Shown here piece after piece: positions 44,812 to 55,614 of a stretch of 64,000 nucleotides of DNA (within the stretch, counting starts at the first letter, position 1; the number at the start of each line of letters is the position of its first letter). The position numbers and the translations under genes are program-made. The notes under the pieces were generated by a model. The model saw only the letters and a list, made by a program, of their open reading frames with translations, had not been told where the DNA came from and ran no database searches. Location of the stretch: positions 1 to 64,000 of the IMG/VR virus record IMGVR_UViG_3300028883_000033; one strand, written 5' to 3'. Source of the stretch: a virus.

Positions 44812-45873
44812 TCACTTCAATCCTTGATAGATTGAGACCAGTAACTCATTTTGCAGATGATCTGATGAAATGTCATTAAGCATCTGCTCAACAAGTTCGT
44901 CGACTCCAGCTAATTCAGTATCTGGAGTCCACTCAATGTTAGTTTCGGTGTCGGATAATGCCTCACGAAGTTCCATAGATTCCTCTAATGCAAATTCGCG
45001 CAACCTGTACCGTTCCGTAAAACTTTGTTTCAGAGCTGTACTTTCTTCGAAAGAGATAGGAACATCAACAAGACATTTCACACGAGCGCCGGGATATAGG
45101 GTTACTGTGTTATCTAAAATATCCGTTAATGTAGTCTTCACGTACTTCGGACAATCGTCCCAGTTCTCAAACAACATCTCCTTTGTTTGATAATTGTACG
45201 TCATCAACCCACGATTGAAATCGCCAGCATCTCCAAAATCCATGGGGAATGTGTTGCCGATATACACCACATTACTATCGGGCTGAGCCTGCCGCTTGTG
45301 GAAGTGTCCGGATACTATAAAGTCGGGTCCTGCATAATCAGCAGGATCAGGTCCTGTCGGCATTACCATGCCATACCCTGTCACCTCGAATCCTTTAAAC
45401 TCAAAATGACCAGCCCAAAAAGGAACGTCTAGGTATTTGGCTAGGGATGGATATTCATCATGAAACAAATAAGGGCAGAACAAGGCCCTACCTTCAATAT
45501 CATCGATTACTGTGGGCTCCTCAATTACCACGAAGTTATCAAATTCATGGAAAGGAATCACGGAGTGAATTTCTCGAGTGTGTCGGTGATACAGATCATG
45601 GTTGCCGACGATAAAGTATACAGGCACTCCAAGGTCGTTGAGCATCTTGGCGCCTTTATATGAGTAGTGCATTGTTTGTATATTCAACGCACTCCGATTT
45701 TCGTTCCAATCCCCCAAGAACCCAACATGGTCAATTTCAGGATCAGCTCGAACGTGATCGCAAAACCACTCTAGGTAATTTAAACAATCTTGATTGTGTA
45801 ACTCAGAATTTGCTTTCTTGCCGAAATGTATATCGGTGCAGAATGCCCCTTTCTTCAGGAGTTTATCTGACAT
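44812..45873 (-). CDS. Recombination endonuclease nuclease subunit (gp47 / SbcD / Mre11-like)
   Basis: TDIHFG, LGDW, GNHD, GHF, SGHFH. Confidence 0.95.
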   Translation of the reverse strand: MSDKLLKKGAFCTDIHFGKKANSELHNQDCLNYLEWFCDHVRADPEIDHVGFLGDWNENRSALNIQTMHYSYKGAKMLNDLGVPVYFIVGNHDLYHRHTREIHSVIPFHEFDNFVVIEEPTVIDDIEGRALFCPYLFHDEYPSLAKYLDVPFWAGHFEFKGFEVTGYGMVMPTGPDPADYAGPDFIVSGHFHKRQAQPDSNVVYIGNTFPMDFGDAGDFNRGLMTYNYQTKEMLFENWDDCPKYVKTTLTDILDNTVTLYPGARVKCLVDVPISFEESTALKQSFTERYRLREFALEESMELREALSDTETNIEWTPDTELAGVDELVEQMLNDISSDHLQNELLVSIYQGLK

Positions 45874-45901
45874 ATGTTCCCCCACGCGCTGGGATGCGTA
45901 A

Positions 45902-46420
45902 TTAATATCCCAGCAAATCGTCGTCTGATTTTTCTTCTTGTTCTAAACGATTAGCATCTTCCATGTGCTGATCATGGTCTTCTTCGTCGTGAGCAGGCCG
46001 TTGGCTTTCATACTCCATCTGGTAATTGTACGAGGGCGTCAATCCCTTGTCAACCAGAATTTCATCACGTATCACGCGCTGTCTTTTTTCTTGGTTGAGA
46101 TATTGTATGAAGGAATTCTTGATACATTGCGTGAAGAAAGCGAAGGGGTTGTTACTTTTGGCAGGATCGAAGCTGTTCCACGTTCTAACGAGCATCATCA
46201 TCGCATATGCCTGCATGTCCTCGTTATACGTATAGTTCGCAAAGTTTCCCTTTTTTCCATACCGGGCGGTTAAGAGCGTGAGCATCTTTGCGAGCTCGTT
46301 CGACATCTTCCCCTCTTCCTTGCTGATGATAACTTGCGCGAGGAGATCCTTATTGTTTAAGTATTTGGTTTTTCTCTTTGGTGTCGGCTTCTTTTGTGCC
46401 GCTTCTTGTTTTTTTGCCAT
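45902..46420 (-). CDS. Late-transcription sigma factor (gp55-like)
   Basis: YLNNKDLL, NF.NYTY.EDM, FDP.KS.NPFAFFTQ...NSF...L..EKRQ. Confidence 0.92.
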   Translation of the reverse strand: MAKKQEAAQKKPTPKRKTKYLNNKDLLAQVIISKEEGKMSNELAKMLTLLTARYGKKGNFANYTYNEDMQAYAMMMLVRTWNSFDPAKSNNPFAFFTQCIKNSFIQYLNQEKRQRVIRDEILVDKGLTPSYNYQMEYESQRPAHDEEDHDQHMEDANRLEQEEKSDDDLLGY

Positions 46421-46450
46421 TAATATGGTATCCTCTTACTAATACTGTTG

Positions 46451-46478
46451 ATTATACGCTAAAAAGCACAAAGGTCAA
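46451..46478 (-). promoter_or_regulatory. Sigma70-type promoter TTGACC-N16-TATAAT for gp55-47-46
   Basis: Shares TGTTGACCTTT with the promoter at 15535-15563. Confidence 0.75.
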
Positions 46479-46482
46479 CACA

Positions 46483-46490
46483 TATAAATA
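46483..46490 (+). promoter_or_regulatory. Late promoter TATAAATA for the baseplate operon
   Basis: Exact consensus. Confidence 0.8.
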
Positions 46491-46514
46491 TCACTAATAC
46501 GTGGAGATACTGAC

Positions 46515-47144
46515 ATGACGACCCTGAAAAAGTTCCTTGAGAACCCCCAAGTTGATTTAACAGCAGATAGAGTTGCTGTGTTTACGTTCGGTCGTTTCAA
46601 CCCGCCAACGAAAGGGCACGGTCAGTTAATCGAAACTGTGATTTCGTTGTCTAAAGGCGGCGATCACTTCATTTTTCCCTCGCATACTGTAGACAAACCG
46701 CTAAAGAAGACAGGCCGTATCAACCCTGATACTAGCAAAAACCCATTGCCTTTTGACGTGAAAGTCGCATTCATGCGTCAATTGTTCCCACTAGCAAACA
46801 TCGTAGAGGATGGACCGACAAATCCATGGAATGTTCCGGAGTGGCTAGGAGAGCAGGGATACACGGATATAAAGATGGTTGTGGGTGCTGATCAGATCGA
46901 CGATTTCTCGCGCCTGGTCGAATCCGCATCAAAATACTTCAATTCGTTTGAAATTGTAAGTGCTGGAATCAGAAATCCTGATGCATCGGATCTTACAGGA
47001 ATGAGTGCGACTAAAGCACGATCAGCGGCCCTTTTGGAGGACATTGGAAAGTTCCGCGTTGCCACCGGCTGGTCGGGAGAGGTGGCTGAAAAGCTGATGG
47101 AAGCAACACGAATAAGCATGGGAGCTGAGATACGTGGCCGATAA
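46515..47144 (+). CDS. Cytidylyltransferase-like nucleotidyltransferase
   Basis: FTFGRFNPPTKGH, KNPL, MVVGAD, SAG.R.PD, MSATKAR. Confidence 0.85.
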   Translation: MTTLKKFLENPQVDLTADRVAVFTFGRFNPPTKGHGQLIETVISLSKGGDHFIFPSHTVDKPLKKTGRINPDTSKNPLPFDVKVAFMRQLFPLANIVEDGPTNPWNVPEWLGEQGYTDIKMVVGADQIDDFSRLVESASKYFNSFEIVSAGIRNPDASDLTGMSATKARSAALLEDIGKFRVATGWSGEVAEKLMEATRISMGAEIRGR

Positions 47145-47829
47145 TTTTCGAATTAGTCTAACAAACTCTACCAACGTCACTGAGCGTATACTGATTGAGG
47201 CTACGCCTGAATTGGTGGAGACGCGTAATGTTAACTACAAGACGATTGATCCTATACACGCACCGGGTCAAATTTACTCGTATGTGAATACAGCAGCCCG
47301 CACGTTCAACATATCTTCGATTAAGTTAGTATCACGTACACGCGAAGAAGCAGAACGCAATCTGACGTATCTTTGGTATCTGCGTGCTTGGACCATGCCT
47401 GAATTCGGTCGTGGTGGTAAACTGAATGATTCGCAACGAAACGCCCGTCAAAATCTATCTTCGCAGTACCGTGATTCGGATTTCTTCGATGATGAAGATC
47501 GCCGACGCGTACTTGCGGAAGCTGTGAGTGAAAACGGAGCGCATTTCGGAACTAGTCTTCGGGGAGCACCACCTACGGTGTTGTTGTTAAACGCGTACTC
47601 TCCCAGTGGCGATCGAAACAAGAAAGCACACATACACAAAGTTCCGGTTGTAATACAAAACGTTAGTATTCCATATCCGGCTGATGTTGATTATTTTCCA
47701 TCGCTATCAGGAATCCCAATGCCAACATTGATGACGTTAGATATGACACTGGCAGAGACGCATTCGCCGGCAGAGTACTCAAACTTTCATCTAACTGAAT
47801 TCAAACAAGGACTGTTACGAGGTTTCTAA
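47134..47829 (+). CDS. Baseplate / tube initiator protein (gp48-like)
   Basis: Y....P.H, Y.NT, GAPPTVL.L.AY, VPVVI.....P.DVDY, L.E..SP; precedes the gp53-like gene. Confidence 0.65.
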   Translation: MADNFRISLTNSTNVTERILIEATPELVETRNVNYKTIDPIHAPGQIYSYVNTAARTFNISSIKLVSRTREEAERNLTYLWYLRAWTMPEFGRGGKLNDSQRNARQNLSSQYRDSDFFDDEDRRRVLAEAVSENGAHFGTSLRGAPPTVLLLNAYSPSGDRNKKAHIHKVPVVIQNVSIPYPADVDYFPSLSGIPMPTLMTLDMTLAETHSPAEYSNFHLTEFKQGLLRGF

Positions 47830-48188
47830 TGGCTGCAAAAACAAGTACATCGAGAACGAATAATTCTGTCAATAACCATAAGTCGCGATATACCCAAGGT
47901 GGGTTGACTGATAGGTATCCTAACCGCCTTGGTTGGTGGGAACGTCGAGATATTCCAGAAGATGACACGGACATTACCATAACTGTGACGCCGGCCGAAG
48001 ATCGTCGTCCTGATTTAATTGCATACAACATGTATGGACAGTCAGTCCTAGCATGGGTTGTTCTGCAATTTAACAATATTGTAGATATACAAACAGAACT
48101 GAAGACTGGTACTGAGATAAGACTTCCCACACAACGTCGGTTGATGCTGGATATCTTGAATCAAAGTACTGGCGGCAAAAGAGCATAA
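47829..48188 (+). CDS. Baseplate wedge protein (gp53 / LysM-like)
   Basis: RPDLIAY.MYG...L.WVVLQFN.I.D....GT.IRLP. Confidence 0.88.
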   Translation: MAAKTSTSRTNNSVNNHKSRYTQGGLTDRYPNRLGWWERRDIPEDDTDITITVTPAEDRRPDLIAYNMYGQSVLAWVVLQFNNIVDIQTELKTGTEIRLPTQRRLMLDILNQSTGGKRA

Positions 48189-48197
48189 TAATAATAG

Positions 48198-50288
48198 ATG
48201 TCAAATCCGAAGAACCCCTTAGATGTTTTCCGATCGTATGCATATCACCACATTCTAGTAGCATGTGACGGTACCAACACAGCTGACAGCCTTACTAGTG
48301 CTCCACTGTCGGCGTACGATCATCCCTCCAATAAATTTTGCCCCCAGTCTTTAACTGGTGCCGGGAATTATATTGTATTGATCAATGGAATGACTGATGC
48401 GCAGTTTTATATCAGTACTGCGAAGTGGTCATCAGTGATGATTCCCCGTGTTCGAGGACAAGGACAAACATCTGCTTCATCGACAATGGCTGTTGATGGC
48501 GAATTACAAATAGTTGAACCACGGGGGCTTAATTTTTACAACCTGTTAAACCAAGCAACTAAGTCACTTCGAATTGACCCGTCCGCGATGGTATATGTGC
48601 TCAAAACTATATTTGTTGGGATCACTGACGTGGGAACCGAAGAGGTAATCTCCACCATTAGGCCAATGCCGTTCATCCTTACTGATATAACATCGTCATT
48701 CAGTCACACTGGCGCAGAGTACAACATCTCGTTTGTGGGTATGGTTAATGGTGCTGGTAAGATGCCTCATGCGAACTCTATAGTTCAGGGATTTACTGGA
48801 ACGATCCCTCCAGGCAGTATTCCCGAGGCTCTGTCATATATCAAAGATCAACTCAATGAGTTATATCGAGATCAGCGAGCAAAGACGATTAATGCTGCAT
48901 CAACATGTGGTGTGGATAGGGATATTGTCGACATTGAAAATGAGTTTATGAATGTTGAATATGACATCAAAGTTTCGTCGAAATATGATAGTTATGTTGC
49001 AGGTAATGCTCTCCCTGCAAATCGCCAATCGACAGGAAATGGAGATTCACACATTTCTGACTTAGGTGAGTCAACGTCAATTGAACGAATCATCGATGAA
49101 GTGATGCGCTCATCTAAACAAGTTTTATCAGACCTTGAGGGCGAAGCGACGGATGACACCGAGACGTCTAAACGAAAGATGTATAAGATCACATCGGACG
49201 TTCAGATAGACCGATCGCAATCAAAGTATAAGGTAACGTATTACGTTAACCAATACGTTGGAACAGTTGTGCGTGCTGAAGATATAGAAACATATACCCC
49301 ACCAACTGGACCAACAGGCGAAAGTGTTGGAATTGAATTTGATTATATTTTTACTGGCGACAATATTGATATTATTGAGTTTGATATGGATATGCAGTAC
49401 GGTCTAACATTCCTTCAGATGCTTGGAACGAATAGCTCCTGTCCAACGTCACGGTTAGACAATAAGATGTTCGGTAACCCCGACACTCTTGTTGCAGGGA
49501 TAGGTAATAAAGATGGTGCGGGTGATCAGAAACCGCCAGCAGCGGGATGTTACAACTCCGATCAACCTTCAGACGATGTGGTAAAGAAGCCTCTGTTTCT
49601 TGGATCGATGCTAACGCACCCATCGTTTAGAGATACACGAACGCCCGGGGCCGCGGCTGGGTTTAATTCATTATTGCATAGAATAGCAGCGCTTGAAAAC
49701 ATCGGTGCTAAGATGAAGATACGTGGGAATCCACAACTTCTGGAAGATAGTATATTACAGCGTTCGGACCTTGAAGCGGCTGAAGAAATGATAACCCAAT
49801 CTGTACCAAACAGCGACCGGCCGTTGATACCAGGGACACACACAATCCCAGGGTATATTAAGGTGAACATAATGATGCCAAGAGCATGGCAGATGTCTGA
49901 AACGGAAGATTTGTCCAACCCTAATGATTATGTTATTGCAGATGCAGCTGGCGATTATGCTAGCGCGTTTTGGTATAAGGGATGGTATATGTTACTGCAG
50001 ATTGACCATGTATTCTCCGATGGTGAGTTTACTCAGGAGTTGGAAATCTACAGCTTACCTACTGACGCAGGTCAGTCGGGTATTGGTAAATGTATTGACG
50101 AAGCAGTATTCCCTCCAAAAGCAGATCCGGGTGGGCAAACAGTACCTGCTCCAGCGAATACAACATCAACGTCTACCAACGGTTCAGCTGCTACATCAAC
50201 AGGTGGCGCCGCCGCAGAGAGTGACAAAACTGTAGGTTCTATGAAACTTAATGAATTAGCCGCTAGGCGTAACGGTGCTGGAGAATAA
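48198..50288 (+). CDS. Baseplate hub protein (gp27-like)
   Basis: NPLD.F.SY.YH, I.EP.G, YIFTG.N.DI..FD, KIRGNP, FWYKGWY...I.H.FS.G.FTQEL; synteny. Confidence 0.65.
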   Translation: MSNPKNPLDVFRSYAYHHILVACDGTNTADSLTSAPLSAYDHPSNKFCPQSLTGAGNYIVLINGMTDAQFYISTAKWSSVMIPRVRGQGQTSASSTMAVDGELQIVEPRGLNFYNLLNQATKSLRIDPSAMVYVLKTIFVGITDVGTEEVISTIRPMPFILTDITSSFSHTGAEYNISFVGMVNGAGKMPHANSIVQGFTGTIPPGSIPEALSYIKDQLNELYRDQRAKTINAASTCGVDRDIVDIENEFMNVEYDIKVSSKYDSYVAGNALPANRQSTGNGDSHISDLGESTSIERIIDEVMRSSKQVLSDLEGEATDDTETSKRKMYKITSDVQIDRSQSKYKVTYYVNQYVGTVVRAEDIETYTPPTGPTGESVGIEFDYIFTGDNIDIIEFDMDMQYGLTFLQMLGTNSSCPTSRLDNKMFGNPDTLVAGIGNKDGAGDQKPPAAGCYNSDQPSDDVVKKPLFLGSMLTHPSFRDTRTPGAAAGFNSLLHRIAALENIGAKMKIRGNPQLLEDSILQRSDLEAAEEMITQSVPNSDRPLIPGTHTIPGYIKVNIMMPRAWQMSETEDLSNPNDYVIADAAGDYASAFWYKGWYMLLQIDHVFSDGEFTQELEIYSLPTDAGQSGIGKCIDEAVFPPKADPGGQTVPAPANTTSTSTNGSAATSTGGAAAESDKTVGSMKLNELAARRNGAGE

Positions 50289-50290
50289 TA

Positions 50291-51871
50291 ATGTTCGGTC
50301 AAGGTTACCTAAGCTCAATACTACAAAAACAACTAAAGAGCGACCCAGCAACTCAATTCACTGTCGGCCGTGTGATTGACACAAATGACCCACAACAGAT
50401 GGGTCGAGTCCGTGTTCAATGTTCGGCGTGGGGTGATCATGGATCAAAGCTAGTTCGTGATATTCCCTTTGCTATGCCTGTTTCACCATTGGCAGGTTTA
50501 ATGATGACTGGTAAACGTGGCGCTGAAGAGGCAGAAGTTGATGGTCCGGTGTCATATGGTATGTGGAACATTCCTAAGATTGGCTCTTATGTTATCGTAG
50601 GCTGTATTGATGGCCATCGCGGCCGCCGTTTCTATATTGGCGGTATTCACCCACAGTTTATGACGCATACGATGCCTCATGGTCGGTACACGTGGCAGGA
50701 TCAGGCCAATGGAAAACCTGACGGCCCCCTTGATACGCATGAGAAACCGATCGAACCATTGTACAGCAACTTAACAGCAGCGTTTACGCCGAGAAAATCG
50801 ACAACAGAAGAAGTACCGGGAACGAGTTCCGTCAAGCCGCGTGAAAACCTTGAGTGGCGCTCACGCGGCCTGGACCGGCAAACTAGCGGCATAACCAACG
50901 AGCAGACTGCCAATACAGAAGACGGGCCTGGTAACAAAGTAGCTGATACGAAACCTGGTGAGCCTATTAAGATTACGCAAGAAGATGGATCAACCTATGA
51001 GCTTGATGGGCCAGGTTATTCCGTAAGCCAGGTTATTGAGGGAGAGAAGTATGACTCCACCGGAACGGGATATGATTCGCAAGTGTATTCGTGGACTACC
51101 CCTGGCTTTCATGCGTTCTCGATGGATGACCGAAAGGATAACTGTCGCATTCGGCTACGAACCACATCTGGTCACCAGATCATTATGGATGATACCAATG
51201 AGCGTATCTACATTAGTGCTGCAGGTGGAGAATCGTGGATTGAGATTGATAAAGTAGGAAACATTGATATCTATGCCAGCAAGAACATATCAACACATGC
51301 TGGTGGTGATATCAATTTCTTTTCCGATAAGTCAATCCGCATGCAAGCGAAAGAAGGGATCCATATGCGCACGGACGATGAGTTCCGGATTCATGCGGTG
51401 AAAGATTTTCATGTTCGTTCGGAGTTGAACATTCGAACTTATTCTGGGCAAGAGACTCGAATGGAGTCTACAGCTGATATGCATGTATTGGTACAAGGCT
51501 CCACATTTATAGGTTCGACTGGACCAATTCATGTAGGGACGCAAGGAACGATGCACCTATCGTCTACTGGGCGTTTGAATTTGACGAGTGGTAATTGGAT
51601 CGTAGGCGATGCACAGCAGGTGCACTGGAATAGTGCAGTTGCCACCCCGGCATCTGCTGCACAAGAAGCGTTGGAAATTCAGGCAAATTGGACAAGTCGT
51701 GTTCCTGAACACGAACCATGGGCTCGTGTGTTTATGAAAGAATCAGATAGTGATGCTACCGCAACTAATAAGGTAAACAAGCATACTCCTGAATATTCGT
51801 ACACAGATCAGCTGGTCGGTAAAGGTGGACGCGGGGATACGTACGAGCGTAACAAGTATTGGCATCGGTAA
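50291..51871 (+). CDS. Baseplate central spike (gp5 / VgrG-like, no lysozyme domain evident)
   Basis: GRV....DPQQMGRVRV, SYGMW..P.IG, RLRTTSGHQIIMDD, beta-helix repeats, RVPEHEPW. Confidence 0.85.
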   Translation: MFGQGYLSSILQKQLKSDPATQFTVGRVIDTNDPQQMGRVRVQCSAWGDHGSKLVRDIPFAMPVSPLAGLMMTGKRGAEEAEVDGPVSYGMWNIPKIGSYVIVGCIDGHRGRRFYIGGIHPQFMTHTMPHGRYTWQDQANGKPDGPLDTHEKPIEPLYSNLTAAFTPRKSTTEEVPGTSSVKPRENLEWRSRGLDRQTSGITNEQTANTEDGPGNKVADTKPGEPIKITQEDGSTYELDGPGYSVSQVIEGEKYDSTGTGYDSQVYSWTTPGFHAFSMDDRKDNCRIRLRTTSGHQIIMDDTNERIYISAAGGESWIEIDKVGNIDIYASKNISTHAGGDINFFSDKSIRMQAKEGIHMRTDDEFRIHAVKDFHVRSELNIRTYSGQETRMESTADMHVLVQGSTFIGSTGPIHVGTQGTMHLSSTGRLNLTSGNWIVGDAQQVHWNSAVATPASAAQEALEIQANWTSRVPEHEPWARVFMKESDSDATATNKVNKHTPEYSYTDQLVGKGGRGDTYERNKYWHR

Positions 51872-51890
51872 ATCACGCAAGTTACCCTCC

Positions 51891-51898
51891 GATAAATA
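51891..51898 (+). promoter_or_regulatory. Late promoter GATAAATA
   Basis: Intergenic motif before the GGAG SD. Confidence 0.65.
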
Positions 51899-51920
51899 CT
51901 AGACGAGTTGTGGAGTTAAC

Positions 51921-52307
51921 ATGGCAAATATTAAGGGTTTGTACAAAGGTTTTTCGAGTTTCGAGTTTCAGCGAAAGAAATCATTCAAGATACGTGATAT
52001 TGAGCTGGTAAAACTCGATCTCCTGAATCACATCTTCACCAAGCGAGGTGAGCGTGTGATGATGCCTACGTTTGGAACAGTGATTCCTGAGATGACGTTC
52101 GAACCTCTGGACCAAGATACGATTGAGATTATTGAGTCTGAGGTTACGCGTGTGCTGGAATACGATCCGCGTGTTGAAATTCTTAACATTGACGTGCAAC
52201 CCAATTATGATAATAATTCGCTATATGTTGGCGCTAAGGTGCTTTACGTTGAACTCAACCGCGTAGATAGCCTGGAATTGAATATACAGTTTGGAGAGTC
52301 TAGTTAA
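51921..52307 (+). CDS. Baseplate wedge protein (gp25-like)
   Basis: LLNH..T.RGERVMMP.FG......FEP, YDPRV. Confidence 0.93.
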   Translation: MANIKGLYKGFSSFEFQRKKSFKIRDIELVKLDLLNHIFTKRGERVMMPTFGTVIPEMTFEPLDQDTIEIIESEVTRVLEYDPRVEILNIDVQPNYDNNSLYVGAKVLYVELNRVDSLELNIQFGESS

Positions 52308-55300
52308 TGGCAAGGGAAATATCACGCGCCGAGGCATGGGAACGAGCGCACGAAGTGTTCACGCAAGTGAACTTCAATGCGTTTGATTACAATTCGATTA
52401 AAGAAAGCCTACTTGATTACGTCAAGTTGTATTTCCCTGAAGATTTCAATGATTATATTGAGTCATCCGAGTTCATCGCAATACTCGAGTTGTTCGCTTA
52501 TGTTGGCGAACTACTGGCCTATCGTATTGATCTTAACGCTCATGAGAACTTCATAACAACCGCAAAACGTAAAGAATCTATCTTACGTCTTGCTAAACTG
52601 ATTTCGTATAAAGCCTCTCGCAACATTCCAGCCCGTGGCCTTGTTAAGATGACGTCGATTCAGACCACGGAAACTGTTATCGACTCTGCTGGCCGAAACC
52701 TTGCAGGTCGTCGAGTCTATTGGAATGATAGCAACAACCCTGACTGGAAAGAACAGTTCCTTCTTGTACTCAACCGCGTGTTGGAACAAGAGTTTGGCTC
52801 TGTTACGCCTGACGAACGCGTGCAAGTAAATGATGTATTGTTTGAGTTATACACATTAGACAATAACCCTTTCGGAACAGGAACGGCTGGCGTAATCCCA
52901 TTCACGGCTGATGCGGGTGGCGTTTCTGCTCCAATGGAAGTTGTGCCTATACAGCTGACTGCTAACGGTCCGACTGAGCGCCGTCCGGAGCGTAATGCTA
53001 AGTTTTCATTGACGTATGCTAATGATGGTCTTGGCGACGGGTCGGATACCACCGGCTTCCTGATGTATGTTAAGCAGGGCACCTTGGTACAACAGACGAC
53101 TACCTTTGATGGAGTAACACCCAACCAAACGTATGCTGTTAATGTTGATAACATTAACGAAACAGATCTGTGGCTAAACAACATTGATAGCTCCAGTGGT
53201 GAAATTCTCATTGATGATCCATATGCAACACTTCTGCCTCATCTCACTAGTGATGATTTGCGTTATGGAGAGTGGGTTGAAGTTGACTTAGCAAATGCTC
53301 AAAACATTATATTCAACACAAACAAGAATCGTCACAAGTATGAAGTTGAAACGCTCGATAATGATCAGATCCGTATCATTTTTGGTGATGGTGAGTTTTC
53401 AGACATTCCATCTGGAACTTTTCAGATGTGGTATCGCACATCCCTCAATGATGATTATGTGATCGAAAAAACAGCTGTTATTGATCAATCAGCATCCATC
53501 TCATATACTGACATTGTTGGAACAGTTCAAACACTAACCTTTACGTTCTCCCTAACATCATCCCTGCAAAATGCATCCGCGTCGGAGGATATTGAACACA
53601 TCCGCCGTGTTGCACCATCAGTGTACTACACGCAGGATCGTATGGTAAATGGCCGTGATTATAATGTATTCATGTTACAGGATCCTTCCATATTGAAATT
53701 GCGGTCGGTAAACCGCACATTTGCTGGGGATTCAAAATACATTGCATGGCACGATCCGCGTGAAAATTATGAAGATGTGAAATTGTTCGGAGATGATCTG
53801 GCAATATTCTGGGCGGAAGAGGATCCGGTATCTGGTGATGTTGCTACAGTTGCCGCGTCTACGAGCGTGAATAGTATCATTGAAAACTACCTTGAGCCGT
53901 TATTATCAACTACAGATTTCTTCGCTAAGATTGCTCCAAAGCGCGAAGCGTTGGGGCTTGCAGGTGGGGATGTTCGAACATACTTCAAAACAGATACGTA
54001 TACGTTTGGACTCGACATTAACGGCCAGGATAATGAGATTGATGCTCTGAGTTATGCGTTGAATAATATAACAACATACATTGATTTGTACTATTCCGTG
54101 TTTTACGATGAGTGGACGGTGGGTGAACACCCAACACCAGACGCTGATTCCGATTGGATGATTCGTGTTGATCAGGATGTTACGGATTGGGAGATTTCGT
54201 GGTTGACTCGCCGATTAATTGTCCAGAGTGAACAGACAAAGTTCTGGAATACTAACACAACTGAACGCGTTGTAAACTTCGATACGATCAATTCACAAGG
54301 CGATCACATTGTTATTCTGAAGGCAAACGTTAATGCTAATGGGGATGGTTTGCTTAATGCTAACCGAAACTATAATGTCCTTGCACAAGAGCTACTTGAT
54401 GATAATGCAGGTAACTTGCCTGATATTCATCGGTTGTCGGTAATGCCGGTTGATGTTAATGGAGATAATATCCCTGATAATCTATTGCAGCCTGCATTGT
54501 TTGATGCTGAGTTTACTGGAACTTGGACTGAACTGTTAGCTAGTGGTCTGGGTGTGGATACTGGAACCCAGTACATTGATCTTAGTGTCGTAGGAAAAGT
54601 AATAAACAACAGCACGTCAAAGGGACGCGATAATGATATTGTAATCACGGTTGATGGAACCCCTCTGACGTTTGAGAGTACTCAACTGCAGGCTGATGTG
54701 TCCGATGCCAATAATTTAATCATTAGTCGGATAAATTTATTCCCAACATTACCGCTAACTGGGCCTGAAAATATTGTTATTTCCGTTAGAGACTATGTCT
54801 ACTTTTACCGTGATGATAATCTGAGCCCTTGGGTTCCTATGGAAGACACAGAAGCTAACCGAGTTCGATACTTATCTGAAGACCCCGATCTTCTGGAATC
54901 GTCATTACGTTACGATCGCCGTGAAGGACGATATCCACTAAACTTCGCGTGGTTCCACTACACTCCACGACTGAATCTGGTTGATCCTGCTGCTTCGAAT
55001 ATCATCGATACATATATCATCACTAAAGGATATTATACATCAACGAGACGTTGGCTTGAGAACAAGACGGATGTTGAGCCAGAAGCACCTACACCTCTGG
55101 AACTACGGTCAGCGTACGCAAATCTCCTTGACAATAAGATGATTTCCGACACTGTAGTCTTACATTCTGGTAAATTCAAGATTCTGTTTGGGTCACGGGC
55201 TATTCCTCAGCTGCAAGCCACGTTTAAAGTTGTTCGTCCGGACCAAACATCTAAAACAGACAACCAGGTTAAGGTTGAGATTGTTAATGCTATTCGGGCA

Positions 55301-55546
55301 TTCTTTGATATTGATGCATGGGAATTTGGTGAAACTTTCTTCTTTACTGAACTTTCCGCTTCAATTCACGCTGCGCTTGGCCCGGAAATTGACTCAGTTC
55401 TTCTCGTTCCAAACTACTCACAAAATCAGTTTGGCGATCTATTCCAGATCTATTCACGAGAGGATGAAATCTTTGTTCCTGATATTAGCACATCTAACAT
55501 TGAAATCATAGAATCCATCACCCCAGATAACATCAGGCAAGATTAA
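52307..55546 (+). CDS. Baseplate wedge protein (gp6-like)
   Basis: D...IK..L..Y.....PEDFNDY.ESSE, ENF..TA....S...LA..ISY, FGDG, E.I..IR..AP..YYTQDRMV...DY. Confidence 0.92.
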   Translation: MAREISRAEAWERAHEVFTQVNFNAFDYNSIKESLLDYVKLYFPEDFNDYIESSEFIAILELFAYVGELLAYRIDLNAHENFITTAKRKESILRLAKLISYKASRNIPARGLVKMTSIQTTETVIDSAGRNLAGRRVYWNDSNNPDWKEQFLLVLNRVLEQEFGSVTPDERVQVNDVLFELYTLDNNPFGTGTAGVIPFTADAGGVSAPMEVVPIQLTANGPTERRPERNAKFSLTYANDGLGDGSDTTGFLMYVKQGTLVQQTTTFDGVTPNQTYAVNVDNINETDLWLNNIDSSSGEILIDDPYATLLPHLTSDDLRYGEWVEVDLANAQNIIFNTNKNRHKYEVETLDNDQIRIIFGDGEFSDIPSGTFQMWYRTSLNDDYVIEKTAVIDQSASISYTDIVGTVQTLTFTFSLTSSLQNASASEDIEHIRRVAPSVYYTQDRMVNGRDYNVFMLQDPSILKLRSVNRTFAGDSKYIAWHDPRENYEDVKLFGDDLAIFWAEEDPVSGDVATVAASTSVNSIIENYLEPLLSTTDFFAKIAPKREALGLAGGDVRTYFKTDTYTFGLDINGQDNEIDALSYALNNITTYIDLYYSVFYDEWTVGEHPTPDADSDWMIRVDQDVTDWEISWLTRRLIVQSEQTKFWNTNTTERVVNFDTINSQGDHIVILKANVNANGDGLLNANRNYNVLAQELLDDNAGNLPDIHRLSVMPVDVNGDNIPDNLLQPALFDAEFTGTWTELLASGLGVDTGTQYIDLSVVGKVINNSTSKGRDNDIVITVDGTPLTFESTQLQADVSDANNLIISRINLFPTLPLTGPENIVISVRDYVYFYRDDNLSPWVPMEDTEANRVRYLSEDPDLLESSLRYDRREGRYPLNFAWFHYTPRLNLVDPAASNIIDTYIITKGYYTSTRRWLENKTDVEPEAPTPLELRSAYANLLDNKMISDTVVLHSGKFKILFGSRAIPQLQATFKVVRPDQTSKTDNQVKVEIVNAIRAFFDIDAWEFGETFFFTELSASIHAALGPEIDSVLLVPNYSQNQFGDLFQIYSREDEIFVPDISTSNIEIIESITPDNIRQD

Positions 55547-55581
55547 TCGTACCCCCGCGAAAATTTGCAAGGGGAACGACA

Positions 55582-55589
55582 AATAAATA
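55582..55589 (+). promoter_or_regulatory. Late promoter AATAAATA
   Basis: Intergenic motif before the GGAG SD. Confidence 0.6.
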
Positions 55590-55614
55590 CCTGAAATAAT
55601 GGAGATGATGGACT